A stretch of DNA of 64,000 nucleotides from Prochlorococcus sp. AG-355-B18 (GCA_003280965.1 QCDI01000004.1:1-64000); one strand, 5' to 3'. Numbered from the stretch's first letter, positions 7,066-18,706 are shown. Program-made: numbers and translations. Notes: a model not told the origin generated them from the sequence alone.

Positions 7066-7077
7066 CCTCTCTCTCCG
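7066..7077 (+). other. att core remnant 2 (cctctctctccg), tRNA-Ser 3' end-like; island/core boundary
   Basis: Matches the ...CCTCTCTCTCCG end of tRNA-Ser. A core gene ends ~35 bp downstream. Confidence 0.65.
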
Positions 7078-7113
7078 TAATTAATTAGGAAATTTATTTA
7101 ATTTTCTAAAATT

Positions 7114-7902
7114 TTAAAATTTGTAAAGATTAATATCTTCTAGGTCATATATAGAATTTAAAATCAAGTCAGCACCTGCATTTCTTAGATTTAGTTCGTA
7201 TGAAATACGTTCTTTTATTCGAGACTTTAAATGTAAATGAGGGGGAGCTAGCCCAATACTTATAAATTTCTGAGATGGTATTTCTTTTCTAGCGTTGATA
7301 ACTGTATTTATATCTGCAATAGTATCCCCTACATATGCAATGGGTATATTTGATGAGCCAAGTTTATCTCCAAGAATCTTTTTTGATAAGTAAATAAAAC
7401 CTTTAGGATCAGGCTTGTCAGGAGCATCTCCCATACATATCAGTGGGGGTGATTTTAGCCCAAGTCTTTTTTCTAAAACAAATTTTGCAGAAGCAGGTTC
7501 TGCACCACTCACAAAACCCCAAACTATTCCATTGCTTTGTAATAAATCAAAAAACTTTTTATCAACTAACAACTCTTCATTTGTTATAAAGCCAGACCAA
7601 TACTCACTATCTTTATGAGGATCTCCACCAAAGTAAAACTCTTCAAAACATTTAACTATTTCATCTCTTGAAGGTATTTGAAGTTTTAAGTTCTCTGTTT
7701 TTATAAATCTTTTTATGAGCTCTAAACTTAAATCCCAATCATTATTCCAGATTCCCTCATTTTTTGCACAATCAATATCTTTATAACTTGGCTCCCAGCC
7801 TGAAAATTTGAAAACTGTTTTTTTTAGTGAAAGCCTGTAACTATTTTCTACGCTACGTATTACACCATCTATATCAAATAAAATTAAACCAATATTTTTC
7901 AA
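7114..7902 (-). CDS. HAD-superfamily hydrolase (TIGR01548-like)
   Basis: FDIDGV motif I, KPDP, VGDTIAD. Confidence 0.9.
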   Translation of the reverse strand: MKNIGLILFDIDGVIRSVENSYRLSLKKTVFKFSGWEPSYKDIDCAKNEGIWNNDWDLSLELIKRFIKTENLKLQIPSRDEIVKCFEEFYFGGDPHKDSEYWSGFITNEELLVDKKFFDLLQSNGIVWGFVSGAEPASAKFVLEKRLGLKSPPLICMGDAPDKPDPKGFIYLSKKILGDKLGSSNIPIAYVGDTIADINTVINARKEIPSQKFISIGLAPPHLHLKSRIKERISYELNLRNAGADLILNSIYDLEDINLYKF

Positions 7903-7992
7903 TGAACTATTAATGCTTTTTATAAGAGATTAGTATTCTTATTAAAAAAAAGCAAAGAAAAATATTTTTAATATGTTGTGCATTATCTAACC

Positions 7993-9795
7993 TTAATTTT
8001 GTAAATATCCTCTGGGAGTGAGAAATATTTCGTCAACTAAGGTTGTTTGAGAATTGCCAATAATAATGATTGTTAACATATCAATCTCTTTAAAAGGAAT
8101 GGTGTTTAAAGTAAAAAATTGTTTGGTTTGATTTTCTCTCCCTACTTGTCTAGCTATTAAAACTGGAGTATCCCCACGCCTAGATTGTAAACATATATTT
8201 ATTACACTTTTTAGCTGCCAATTTCTTTCAATGGATTGAGGATTAAATAAAGCTATTACAAAGTCACCTAGAAGAGCTCCTTCAATTCTTTTTTCTATTA
8301 AAGACCATGGAGTTAATTTATCGCTTAAACTTACTGAACAAAAGTCATTCATTAACGGTGCTCCACTAATCGCAGCCGCTAATTGAACACTACTTATACC
8401 TGGATGTACTTCAAAATAAGGTCTATATTCTTTTTTAATTTTTTGAAGTAATTCTAAAAGTAAACCTGCCATGCCATAAAATCCAGATTCACCTGAAGAA
8501 ATTAAAGCCACTTTTATTCCTTCCTCAGCAAGTTTAATTGCTTTACTGCATCTTTCTTTTTCTTCAGTAAGTTTACTTTCAATTAAAACTTGGTCACTCC
8601 TTTTTAAGGATTTAATTAAATCTAAATACATTTTGTATCCGATCCAAACAGTACATCTTGAAAGTGCTTTTTTTGCATTACTTGTTAGGAAAGAGATATC
8701 ACCAGGCCCACTTCCAATAATATGTATTTCGCCATGGGTTGGATTATATTGATTTTTTGATTCTGCTATAGCGATAGTTACTGCACCAGATTGATTTTTA
8801 AAAATTCTTTTTTCTTCTAATAATTTTGATTCTTCTCCTGCTGCGAGTAAGCAAGATGCTTCCGCTACAGAAGGGGTGCCAATTTCCATTTCTACAACAC
8901 TGGAAGGATTTGGAACAATTATTGTTGAAAGATCTTCTTTATTAAAAAACTTTATAGGCAAGTTGTTTTCTTTAGCAAGTTCTAAAATTCCATTCTCATC
9001 TTCTTTAATGTTAACCGTTGCAAGTCCTGCAATTGAATACTTGGATAAATTTCTTGAATCCAATAAATTATTTAAAGAATTTGCTATTAATTCTTTGCAT
9101 GTATTTCTTTCGCATCCAATGCCAATCCATAATACGGGCGGGTGCCAAGTTGTTTCATGATTTTCGAATACACTCACATGAAATGTTGAATCTGGTTTTT
9201 CAATTTCTTTTTCATTAATTCCAGTAATAATCTCACCTGATTCTGAATTTTTCCATAAGCTATTGCCAGATAATTGTTTGCAAAATATTTCTTCGTTCTT
9301 AGCTTGTTTAATTACTAGTTTTGACCAATCTTTTATGTTGCCAGATCTTTCCCAACCCCATTGATTCCCAAATGAATCAAGATTTAAGAAGCTTTGATCA
9401 TTGGAATTATTAGTTTCTATTATTTCGCCACCAAGTAAGTTAGCAATTTGATATGCAATATTTTGCGTGTTTGACTGATGTAAGCCAATTAAAGGAACTA
9501 TCTTGGAACATTTGTTATCTATAACTATTACACCAGGATCTTGATCTTTAGAGGTTAAAAAAGAATTTATTATGCGAATTGAAGCAGCAATTGAGCCTAT
9601 AAAAATTATTAAATCTATCTCCTGCCATTTTTTAAGTAAGATTTCTCTAGGTTTTTGTAATGGAATAAGTTCATTTTCCTTTCCATCATCTTTTGAAGAA
9701 CCTGCAATATATATATCTTTGACAAATTCGGTTTTTTTAAGCCTTTTTAAAATTTCTTTTGAATTATTAGATAGACCTATAGCAATTCCTTTCAA
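7993..9795 (-). CDS. cobJ: Bifunctional CbiG / precorrin-3B C17-methyltransferase
   Basis: CbiG motifs (SKDQDPGVIVID, GIGCERN, TPSVAEAS) plus methyltransferase motifs IGSGPGD and TPRGY. Confidence 0.92.
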   Translation of the reverse strand: MKGIAIGLSNNSKEILKRLKKTEFVKDIYIAGSSKDDGKENELIPLQKPREILLKKWQEIDLIIFIGSIAASIRIINSFLTSKDQDPGVIVIDNKCSKIVPLIGLHQSNTQNIAYQIANLLGGEIIETNNSNDQSFLNLDSFGNQWGWERSGNIKDWSKLVIKQAKNEEIFCKQLSGNSLWKNSESGEIITGINEKEIEKPDSTFHVSVFENHETTWHPPVLWIGIGCERNTCKELIANSLNNLLDSRNLSKYSIAGLATVNIKEDENGILELAKENNLPIKFFNKEDLSTIIVPNPSSVVEMEIGTPSVAEASCLLAAGEESKLLEEKRIFKNQSGAVTIAIAESKNQYNPTHGEIHIIGSGPGDISFLTSNAKKALSRCTVWIGYKMYLDLIKSLKRSDQVLIESKLTEEKERCSKAIKLAEEGIKVALISSGESGFYGMAGLLLELLQKIKKEYRPYFEVHPGISSVQLAAAISGAPLMNDFCSVSLSDKLTPWSLIEKRIEGALLGDFVIALFNPQSIERNWQLKSVINICLQSRRGDTPVLIARQVGRENQTKQFFTLNTIPFKEIDMLTIIIIGNSQTTLVDEIFLTPRGYLQN

Positions 9796-10020
9796 ATTAG
9801 AAACTATTGATAGTTACGTTGAAATTATATCCTGTCGCTTGATTTAAAAAATTTTCTTTGAAATATAAAAAAAAATTTAAGAAATTTACATGAAATTTGA
9901 GTAAATATACTCATATTTATGTCATAGACTGGAATTTAACAAAATATTCATATAGTAACAATCATTAGAACATTTGTTACGTTAATGCATAACGAAAGAA
10001 TCTTTGCCTTATTATTTTTG

Positions 10021-10100
10021 AAACGAATATCTAAAGTTCTGAAGGATTCGTTTTCTTGAACATTATCATTAAAAATAAGTTCAAGAACCGATCAATCGGC
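10021..10100 (+). promoter_or_regulatory. Structured psaA leader (likely the psaA RNA motif)
   Basis: Three consecutive stems directly upstream of psaA: aaacgaat/attcgttt, ttcttgaac/gttcaagaa, ccgat/atcgg. Confidence 0.6.
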
Positions 10101-10129
10101 TTTAATGTCAATTATTTTCGAGGTGCTAG

Positions 10130-12433
10130 ATGACCATCAGCCCACCAGAAAGTGGAGAAAAAAACAAAAAAGTTTTGGAAGATCCTGTTAAGGCCGATCC
10201 AAGACCTATTGATTTTGCCAAATTAGATAAGCCAGGTTTCTGGTCAAGTAAATTATCTAAAGGTCCAAAAACTACAACTTGGATCTGGAATTTGCATGCT
10301 GATGCACATGATTTCGATGTGCATACAGGCGATGCTGAAGAAGCAACAAGAAAAATCTTTTCAGCTCATTTTGGACATCTTGCAGTCATCTTCATATGGA
10401 TGAGTGCTGCATTTTTCCATGGAGCAAGATTTTCCAATTATTCAGGTTGGTTAGCTGATCCAACTCATGTAAAACCAGGAGCTCAGCAAGTTTGGGCAAT
10501 TGTTGGTCAAGAAATGCTTAATGCTGATCTTGGCGCTAACTACAACGGAATTCAAATCAGTTCAGGAATATTCCACATGTGGCGAGCATGGGGAATAACT
10601 AATGAAAGTGAACTTATGGCTTTGGCAATAGGTGCTGTAGTAATGGCTGCACTTATGCTTCATGCTGGAATTTTTCATTATCACAAAGCAGCTCCAAAAA
10701 TGGAGTGGTTCCAAGATATTGAGTCCATGCTTAACCACCATATAGCTGGTTTGGTTGGACTAGGATCATTGGCATGGGCAGGCCATTGTATTCATATCGG
10801 AGCTCCTACTGCAGCACTTTTAGATGCAATTGATGCAGGCACTCCGCTTATTATTAATGGTAAAGAAATAGCAACTATTGCAGATATGCCTATGCCTCAC
10901 CAACTATGTGATCCACAAATTATAGGTCAAATTTTTCCTGGATTAGCTAGTGGTACAGGTAATTTCTTTAGTTTAAACTGGTTGGCTTTCTCAGATTTCC
11001 TTACTTTCAAAGGTGGACTTAACCCTGTTACGGGAAGCTTATGGATGACTGATATTTCACATCATCATTTAGCTTTTGGTGTTATTGCAATTATTGGTGG
11101 TCATATGTATAGAACCAATTACGGTATTGGTCATAGTATGAAAGAAATATTAGATTCACAGCAAGGAGACCCAATATTATTCCCTGCTCCTAAAGGTCAT
11201 CAAGGTCTTTTTGAGTTCATGGCAGAAAGTAGACATGCCCAGCTCGCGGTAAACCTAGCAATGCTTGGGTCAATAAGCATACTTGTTTCTCATCACATGT
11301 ATGCGATGCCTCCATATCCATATATAGCTACTGATTACATGACAGTTCTTGGATTATTTACTCATCACATGTGGATAGGTGGATTGTTCATAGTAGGAGC
11401 AGGTGCGCATGCTGGAATTGCAATGGTTAGAGATTACGATCCAGCAAAACATATTGATAATGTATTAGACAGAATTCTAAAGGCAAGAGACGCTTTAATC
11501 AGTCACTTGAACTGGGTATGTATGTGGTTAGGATTCCATAGTTTTGGACTTTATATTCACAACGATACTATGAGAGCTTTGGGTAGACCTCAAGATATGT
11601 TTAGTGATTCTGCAATCCAACTTCAACCAATTTTTGCTCAATGGGTACAGAGTATTCAATCATCTGCTGTTGGAACTTCTCTTTTAGCAGGTACTGCAGA
11701 AGCTTTACCTCACAAAGCTTTAAGTGAAGTTTTTAACGGTAGTTTAGTAGAAGTTGGTGGAAAGGTTGCTATAGCTCCAATTCCACTAGGGACAGCTGAT
11801 TTAATGATTCATCATATTCACGCTTTCCAAATCCACGTAACTGTTTTGATACTTCTCAAAGGGGTACTTTATGCAAGAAGTTCAAGGTTGATCCCTGACA
11901 AAGCTTCTTTAGGGTTTAGATTCCCTTGTGATGGTCCAGGAAGAGGTGGTACATGTCAAGTTTCTTCATGGGATCACGTGTTCTTGGCCCTGTTCTGGAT
12001 GTATAACTGTTTATCAATAGTTATTTTCCACTTCTCTTGGAAAATGCAGAGTGATGTTTGGGGACTTACTGGTGGCAATTTCGCACAAAGCTCCATTACT
12101 ATTAATGGTTGGTTAAGAGATTTCCTTTGGGCGCAAGCTTCTCAAGTATTAACAAGTTATGGTCAATCCATAAGTATGTATGGTTTGATGTTCTTAGGAG
12201 CTCACTTCATTTGGGCATTTAGTTTAATGTTCCTCTTCAGTGGACGCGGATATTGGCAAGAACTATTCGAATCAATTGTTTGGGCACACAACAAACTTAA
12301 AGTTGCTCCAACCATTCAACCAAGAGCTCTATCTATCACTCAGGGTAGAGCAGTAGGTGTAACACACTTCCTTGTCGGTGGTATTGCTACCACATGGGCT
12401 TTCTTCCATGCTCGCCTTTTCGGCCTGGGCTAA
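10130..12433 (+). CDS. psaA: Photosystem I P700 apoprotein A1
   Basis: [31 protein letters not shown]. Confidence 0.99.
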   Translation: MTISPPESGEKNKKVLEDPVKADPRPIDFAKLDKPGFWSSKLSKGPKTTTWIWNLHADAHDFDVHTGDAEEATRKIFSAHFGHLAVIFIWMSAAFFHGARFSNYSGWLADPTHVKPGAQQVWAIVGQEMLNADLGANYNGIQISSGIFHMWRAWGITNESELMALAIGAVVMAALMLHAGIFHYHKAAPKMEWFQDIESMLNHHIAGLVGLGSLAWAGHCIHIGAPTAALLDAIDAGTPLIINGKEIATIADMPMPHQLCDPQIIGQIFPGLASGTGNFFSLNWLAFSDFLTFKGGLNPVTGSLWMTDISHHHLAFGVIAIIGGHMYRTNYGIGHSMKEILDSQQGDPILFPAPKGHQGLFEFMAESRHAQLAVNLAMLGSISILVSHHMYAMPPYPYIATDYMTVLGLFTHHMWIGGLFIVGAGAHAGIAMVRDYDPAKHIDNVLDRILKARDALISHLNWVCMWLGFHSFGLYIHNDTMRALGRPQDMFSDSAIQLQPIFAQWVQSIQSSAVGTSLLAGTAEALPHKALSEVFNGSLVEVGGKVAIAPIPLGTADLMIHHIHAFQIHVTVLILLKGVLYARSSRLIPDKASLGFRFPCDGPGRGGTCQVSSWDHVFLALFWMYNCLSIVIFHFSWKMQSDVWGLTGGNFAQSSITINGWLRDFLWAQASQVLTSYGQSISMYGLMFLGAHFIWAFSLMFLFSGRGYWQELFESIVWAHNKLKVAPTIQPRALSITQGRAVGVTHFLVGGIATTWAFFHARLFGLG

Positions 12434-12460
12434 TTACCTGAACTTCACCTTTTTAATTCA

Positions 12461-14689
12461 ATGGCAACAAAATTTCCATCATTTAACCAGGGTCTAGCTC
12501 AGGACCCTACAACCCGACGAATATGGTACGGAATAGCTACCGCTCACGACTTTGAAAGTCATGACGGTATGACCGAGGAAAAGCTTTATCAGAAGCTTTT
12601 CTCTACACATTTTGGTCATCTAGCAATAATCGCTCTCTGGGTAGCTGGTAACTTATTTCATATTGCTTGGCAAGGTAACTTCGAGCAATTTGTACTTGAT
12701 CCAACTCACGTTCGTCCTATTGCTCATGCTATTTGGGATCCTCATTTTGGATCTGGTATCACAGAAGCAATGACACAAGCTGGTGCTAGTGGTCCAGTAA
12801 ATATAGCTTACTCAGGTCTCTACCATTGGTGGTACACAATTGGGATGAGAACTAATGAGCAACTCTTCCAAGCTTCAATATTTATGAGTATTTTGGCTTG
12901 TTGGACTCTATTTGCAGGTTGGTTACACTTACAGCCTAAATTTAGACCTTCTCTAGCTTGGTTTAAAAATGCAGAGTCAAGATTAAATCATCATTTAGCT
13001 GTCTTATTTGGTTTTAGTAGTATCGCCTGGACAGGTCATTTGGTTCATGTTGCTATACCTGAATCAAGAGGACAACATGTAGGTTGGGATAACTGGTTAA
13101 CAGTTCTTCCACATCCTGCAGGATTAGCTCCTTTCTTTACTTTAAACTGGGGTGCTTATGCCCAAAATCCTGATTCTTTAGATCAAGTATTTGGAACAGC
13201 TGAAGGAGCTGGAACAGCAATCTTTACTTTCTTAGGTGGTCTTCATCCCCAAAGTGAAGCATTATGGCTCACCGATATTGCGCATCATCATATCGCGATT
13301 GGTACAGTTTTTGTAATTGCGGGTCATATGTATAGAAATACTTTTGGTATTGGTCATAGCCTCAAAGAAATTACAGAAGCTCATAATACAAGACACCCTA
13401 ATGATCCTCATAAAGGTAGTTTCGGAATTAACCATGATGGAATATATGAAACTGTAAATAATTCATTACATTTCCAACTTGGACTAGCATTAGCATCACT
13501 TGGTGTAGCAACTTCTCTTGTAGCGCAACATATGGGTGCCCTTCCTTCTTACGCTTTTATTGCCAGGGACTACACCACACAATCTGCTTTATATAGTCAT
13601 CATCAGTACATAGCGATGTTCTTGATGGTTGGTGCATTTGCACACGGAGCCATTTTCTTTGTAAGAGATTACGATCCAGAATTAAATAAAGACAACGTAT
13701 TAGCAAGAGTTCTTGGAACAAAGGAAGCTTTGATAAGCCACCTTAGTTGGGTAACAATGTTGCTTGGCTTCCATACTCTAGGAATTTATGTTCATAATGA
13801 TGTTGTTGTAGCTTTTGGCAACCCTGAAAAGCAAATTCTAATTGAGCCAGTATTTGCCCAATTTGTCCAAGCTGCCCAGGGTAAGATGATGTATGGCTTT
13901 AACGCTTTATTATCCGATCCTACAAGTTCGGCAAGTCTCGCTGCTAATTCATTACCAGGCAATCATTACTGGATGGATTTGATCAATAGACAAGATGCAT
14001 TAAGTGCTTTCTTACCTATCGGTCCTGCAGATTTCTTAGTTCACCATGCCATCGCTTTAGGTCTTCATACAACCGCTTTAATTCTTATAAAAGGTGCACT
14101 TGATGCTAGAGGAACAAAATTAATTCCTGATAAGAAAGATCTAGGTTACGCATTCCCTTGCGATGGACCTGGACGTGGGGGCACTTGTGATAGTTCATCT
14201 TGGGACGCTATGTACCTAGCTATGTTCTGGGCATTAAATTTACTAGCATGGGTAACTTTCTACTGGCATTGGAAACACCTAGCAATATGGCAGGGTAATG
14301 TAGCACAATTTAATGAATCAGGAACATATCTAATGGGTTGGTTCAGAGATTATCTCTGGTTAAACTCAGCTCAACTTATTAACGGATATAATCCATTTGG
14401 AGTAAATTCTTTATCTCCTTGGGCTTGGATGTTCCTATTCGGTCATTTGGTTTGGGCTACTGGTTTCATGTTCCTAATATCATGGCGTGGTTACTGGCAA
14501 GAATTAATTGAAACATTAGTTTGGGCACATCAGCGCACTCCTATAGCTAATCTTGTTGGATGGAGAGATAAGCCAGTTGCACTCTCAATTGTTCAAGCTA
14601 GATTAGTTGGATTAGCACATTTCACGATTGGAAACATTCTTACATTCGGTGCATTTGTTATTGCATCAACTTCAGGTAAGTTTGGTTAA
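12461..14689 (+). CDS. psaB: Photosystem I P700 apoprotein A2
   Basis: [35 protein letters not shown]. Confidence 0.99.
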
Positions 14690-14707
14690 ATTTTTCTTAA
14701 ATAATTT

Positions 14708-14736
14708 AAATCACCACCAATGTGGTGATTTTTTTT
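14708..14736 (+). terminator. Intrinsic terminator after psaB
   Basis: aaatcaccac-caat-gtggtgattt followed by a T-run. Confidence 0.85.
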
Positions 14737-14793
14737 GTTCAAATTTAATGTTCTAAATTAAGTTAAAATTATATAATTACTATCAAATATATA

Positions 14794-15756
14794 ATGTCAG
14801 ATATAAAACAATTAATTTCAATTATTATCCCCGTTTATAACGAAAGCGAGAGTATTGGTTTTTTATTGGATGAAGTTATAAATGTAATGTCATTTCATGA
14901 ATTTAATTTTGAATTAATTGTTGTCAATGATGGTTCTAAAGATAATACTTATCAAGTATTGAAAGAACTAACTCTCAAAATTAAAGAATTGTCAGTAATT
15001 GACCTTCGCAAAAATTATGGGCAAACTGCAGCAATGTCAGCTGGCTTTGATAATTCTAAAGGTGATATTATCATTACTCTGGATGGTGATTTACAGAATG
15101 ATCCAAATGATATTCCTACATTAATTTCAGAAATTAATAATGGCTATGATTTGATTTGTGGATGGAGGATTGATAGAAAAGATAAATTAATTAATAGAAA
15201 GATACCATCAAAAATAGCTAATAAATTAATAGCTCACGTAACAGGTTTAAAGTTGCATGACTATGGATGCTCATTAAAAGCTTTTAAGAAAGAAATAATA
15301 GATGATATTAAGTTGTATGGTGAACTTCACAGGTTTCTGCCCGTTTTAGCAAATATTGAAGGTGCAAGAATCAAAGAAATTAAAGTAAATCATAGAAGCA
15401 GGCAATATGGAACTAGTAAATATGGAATTGATAGAACTTTTAGAGTTTTAATGGATTTACTAACTGTTTGGTTTATGACTAAATTTTTAACAAGACCAAT
15501 GTATGGATTTGGCTTTGTTGGAATTATAAGTATTTTTATTAGCCTTGCGATGAGTTCTTACTTGATAGTTTTAAAAATAATGGGTGAGGATATTGGAAAT
15601 CGTCCGTTGCTAATGTTTGCATTAATCTTAGGAATTGCTGGTGTTCAATTATTTAGCTTTGGATTATTGAGCGAACTTACAATTAGGACATATCATGAAA
15701 GTCAAAATCGTCCAATTTACAGAATTAGATCAATAAGCAGTACTAATCAAAATTGA
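14794..15756 (+). CDS. Glycosyltransferase family 2 (ArnC/DPM-like)
   Basis: IIPVYNE, VNDGSKD, LDGDLQNDP, two C-terminal TM helices. Confidence 0.92.
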   Translation: MSDIKQLISIIIPVYNESESIGFLLDEVINVMSFHEFNFELIVVNDGSKDNTYQVLKELTLKIKELSVIDLRKNYGQTAAMSAGFDNSKGDIIITLDGDLQNDPNDIPTLISEINNGYDLICGWRIDRKDKLINRKIPSKIANKLIAHVTGLKLHDYGCSLKAFKKEIIDDIKLYGELHRFLPVLANIEGARIKEIKVNHRSRQYGTSKYGIDRTFRVLMDLLTVWFMTKFLTRPMYGFGFVGIISIFISLAMSSYLIVLKIMGEDIGNRPLLMFALILGIAGVQLFSFGLLSELTIRTYHESQNRPIYRIRSISSTNQN

Positions 15757-15760
15757 TTGT

Positions 15761-16141
15761 TTACTTGAACTTTCTTATTAATAAAGCTGAAATTTCAACT
15801 ACTTCAGGAGAAATATCTCTTAAGCCTTTTCGTAAAATTGGTAATGTTGATTTATCAGCCAATTCTTCCGCAATTTTTAATGCCTTTAATTTATTTTCTG
15901 TACTACCCTGAAAGAGACTAAACATTTTATTTCTTTGAGAATTTTTATAAAATACTGAGTACTTTTTTTCTTGGTGATTGTATAAAAAACTATTTTTATT
16001 AGATGAAAATTTATTATTTTTTTTTAAATTAATGGAATATAAATTGCTTTTATTTATAAACTTTTTAAAGCTTCTTTTTTTTAAAACTAGAAGTAGTATT
16101 CCTATAAAAATAATAAGTATAATTGCGAAAAAATTTATCAT
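15761..16141 (-). CDS. Membrane-anchored hypothetical protein with C-terminal HEAT-like repeat
   Basis: N-terminal TM segment; LPILRKGLRDISPEV. Confidence 0.7.
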   Translation of the reverse strand: MINFFAIILIIFIGILLLVLKKRSFKKFINKSNLYSINLKKNNKFSSNKNSFLYNHQEKKYSVFYKNSQRNKMFSLFQGSTENKLKALKIAEELADKSTLPILRKGLRDISPEVVEISALLIRKFK

Positions 16142-16233
16142 GTAAAAAGTTAATAATTTTTATATCATCCAGTAATAAAATTAACACTATTTTGCATATA
16201 AATACTAAAGTGTTTAAAGATGTTTAAAGAACT

Positions 16234-16347
16234 ATGCCATCTGATTTACCAAGTCTTCTACCCTCAATTTTTGTTCCATTAATTGGTATAGCAATGCCTG
16301 CTGTTTTTATCGTATTGATTGGAAGATTAATTACAGCAACTGAATAA
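16234..16347 (+). CDS. psaI: Photosystem I subunit VIII (37 aa), not in the ORF track
   Basis: MPSDLPSLLPSIFVPLIGIAMPAVFIVLIGRLITATE, upstream of psaL. Confidence 0.92.
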   Translation: MPSDLPSLLPSIFVPLIGIAMPAVFIVLIGRLITATE

Positions 16348-16374
16348 ATTATCAAACACTAAACTATTAAAAAA

Positions 16375-16974
16375 ATGAGCGACTTTCAAAAATCATTCTC
16401 AGAATCAACAAGTTCTATTAAGTTTGATGAGAAATACATAGATACTTCTGTACAACCAAATGATATTGGCGTAGCAGAACAATGGGCAGTAAAAACAGTT
16501 GCTGATCCTTGCGTGGGTAATTTAGCTACTCCAGTTAATAGTGGTTATTTTACAAAAGCCTTCATAAATAATTTACCTTTTTATAGAGAAGGTATTTCCC
16601 CTAATTTTAGAGGTTTAGAAACTGGTGCAGCTTTTGGATATCTTCTATACGGACCTTTCACTATGACTGGCCCATTAAGAAATTCAGAATTTGCTCTAAC
16701 AGCTGGACTTCTCGCTGCTATTGGGGCTGTTCATATTTTGACAGCACTTTTTGTTCTATACAATGCACCTGGTAAAGCACCTAATGTTCAACCTCCAGAT
16801 GCTACTGTTAATAATCCGCCAAAGGACTTATTTACAAGAGCTGGTTGGGCTGATTTTACAAGTGGATTTTGGTTGGGAGGCTGTGGCGGAGCTGTTTTTG
16901 CTTGGTTACTTGTTGGAACATTACACTTAGATACCATAATGCCAATTATTAAAAATATTTGGACTGCTGGTTAA
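16375..16974 (+). CDS. psaL: Photosystem I subunit XI
   Basis: [31 protein letters not shown]. Confidence 0.95.
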   Translation: MSDFQKSFSESTSSIKFDEKYIDTSVQPNDIGVAEQWAVKTVADPCVGNLATPVNSGYFTKAFINNLPFYREGISPNFRGLETGAAFGYLLYGPFTMTGPLRNSEFALTAGLLAAIGAVHILTALFVLYNAPGKAPNVQPPDATVNNPPKDLFTRAGWADFTSGFWLGGCGGAVFAWLLVGTLHLDTIMPIIKNIWTAG

Positions 16975-17038
16975 TTCCTAAATAAAAGAATAAGTAATAT
17001 TTAAATTTAATTTAAAATTAAAATGAGAGCTCTAATAA

Positions 17039-17797
17039 TTAACGTATAGTTCTGTCCCATCTATAATTTCTAACTACTCTTCCTGCAGAAATTAGTTTGG
17101 ATTTATAATGCAATGAGATTTTATCATTAGACTTTTTTAGGGTATCTAATCCTATTCCATTTCTGCCAAAATCCTTTCCAGAGCTATGGTAATATAATCC
17201 GTCCCCCTTGTAGATTCCAATATGATCACATTTTTCTTCATTTCCAAAAAATAAAAGATCGCCAGGCCGTAGTGCAGAATAAGATTCTTTGTAATAAAAA
17301 ATCTGTTTACAAAAACTTTTTATTTGAAAAGAGTCTCGTGGTATATGAATTTGATGCTTTAAAAAAGCAGTTTGAATTAATCCAGAACAATCAAAATTGG
17401 GTCCTAATGTACCACCCCAAAGGTATTCATTGTTTAACTCTGATTGGTCCTCGATCCATTTTAAAATTGAGTTAACTTTATCTTCTATAAAGAAATGTTC
17501 TTTTTTTGTATTCTCAGGTTTTCCTAATTCGTATTTCTCAATAATTAATTCATCTAAATTTATCCAGCAGACGTAACCATCTTCATATAGTTGAACTAGT
17601 ATTCTTGAAAATTTATGGTTGTTTTGATAAATATTTGCATAAATAAGCCTAAAAAATCTATTTTTAGATATTTCAGTAACTAATTTATCTTCTGTTTCAT
17701 TTTGATATCCAGAAATATTAACTTTTAATTTCCACCAAATAGTTTTTGAAAAATTAGTTTGTTTAAATAGTGAGATAGGATTTTTATAACTTTCCAT
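17039..17797 (-). CDS. NlpC/P60 (C40) peptidase
   Basis: YLWGG...FDCSGLIQ, HIGIY. Confidence 0.9.
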   Translation of the reverse strand: MESYKNPISLFKQTNFSKTIWWKLKVNISGYQNETEDKLVTEISKNRFFRLIYANIYQNNHKFSRILVQLYEDGYVCWINLDELIIEKYELGKPENTKKEHFFIEDKVNSILKWIEDQSELNNEYLWGGTLGPNFDCSGLIQTAFLKHQIHIPRDSFQIKSFCKQIFYYKESYSALRPGDLLFFGNEEKCDHIGIYKGDGLYYHSSGKDFGRNGIGLDTLKKSNDKISLHYKSKLISAGRVVRNYRWDRTIR

Positions 17798-17800
17798 ACA

Positions 17801-18706
17801 ATGTCCTTTTACTATTTAAGTAAAGAGATGGGTCTAGCCTTAAATGATATTTTAGGGAGAGCATGTTCTTATAATAAAGATTTTTCAAGAGAAGATATTT
17901 CGATAACTTGGATTAATTATAAAAGTGAAAATAAAAGTGTATTTAAAGGGTTTGGAACTGGTATTAATAATAAAAAAATGGTTTACCCTGCCAGCATAGT
18001 CAAGTTAGTTTATGGCCTTGCTGCATTTCATTGGATTAAAAAAGGAAGTTTATTATTATCAGATGAAATTATTGATGCTGTAAGGAAAATGTTGTTTTTC
18101 TCCAGTAATAATGCAACAAGCTTTTTAATTGATTTACTTACTGGAACAACAAGTGGACCTTGTATTGAAGGCGAACTATGGGAAAATTGGAAATTCCAAA
18201 GAAGAATAATAAATGATTGGATACATGATTTAAATTGGGAAGAATTGGTTGGTATAAATTGCTGTCAGAAGACTTGGGATGATGGACCATTTGGTCGGGA
18301 GAAAGAATTTTATGGGAATGATAATAAAAATAGGAACGCTATGAATTCTGATTCAGTCGCAAGGGTTTTAGAGGAAATTATGATTCATATTGACTATCAA
18401 GAAAATGATTTAAATTTGCGAAGTTTTTTAAAAAGAAATTTAAATAAATTTGTTCTTAAAAACGATTCTCTTAATCAAATAGATGGTTTTTTGGGTGCAG
18501 GATTACCAGAAAGCATTAATCTTTGGAGTAAAGCAGGCTTGATGTCCGAAGTTAGACATGATTCTGCTTGGTGGGTTAATAGTCAATCTCTACAAACTTT
18601 ATTAGTCGTTTTTTGTAATGGGGAAGAATATTCCAAAGATACTTCCTTCTTACCATTAATAGCAAAGGAAGTATATGCATTTAATAAGAAATATATTGAC
18701 GACTAA
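17801..18706 (+). CDS. Serine hydrolase (class A beta-lactamase-like)
   Basis: YPASIVK (SxxK), SSN, SKAG, HDSA. Confidence 0.88.
   Translation: MSFYYLSKEMGLALNDILGRACSYNKDFSREDISITWINYKSENKSVFKGFGTGINNKKMVYPASIVKLVYGLAAFHWIKKGSLLLSDEIIDAVRKMLFFSSNNATSFLIDLLTGTTSGPCIEGELWENWKFQRRIINDWIHDLNWEELVGINCCQKTWDDGPFGREKEFYGNDNKNRNAMNSDSVARVLEEIMIHIDYQENDLNLRSFLKRNLNKFVLKNDSLNQIDGFLGAGLPESINLWSKAGLMSEVRHDSAWWVNSQSLQTLLVVFCNGEEYSKDTSFLPLIAKEVYAFNKKYIDD

Larger units (their letters stand above)
1..7077. mobile_element. Right part of an integrative element (tycheposon-like) ending at tRNA-Ser-3'-like att remnants; left end lies outside the window
   Basis: Tyrosine integrase, AlpA-type excisionase, small serine recombinase and unrelated cargo genes. 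Att-like cores at 6845-6859 and 7066-7077, followed by an abrupt switch to core genes and core k-mer usage. Confidence 0.85.

Noticed and set aside
6761..7069. 11-bp inverted match gaggaaatagg (6761-6771) / cctatttcctc (7059-7069)
   Set aside because: Short, and overlaps purine/pyrimidine-rich motifs already explained as arm and core sites; may be chance.
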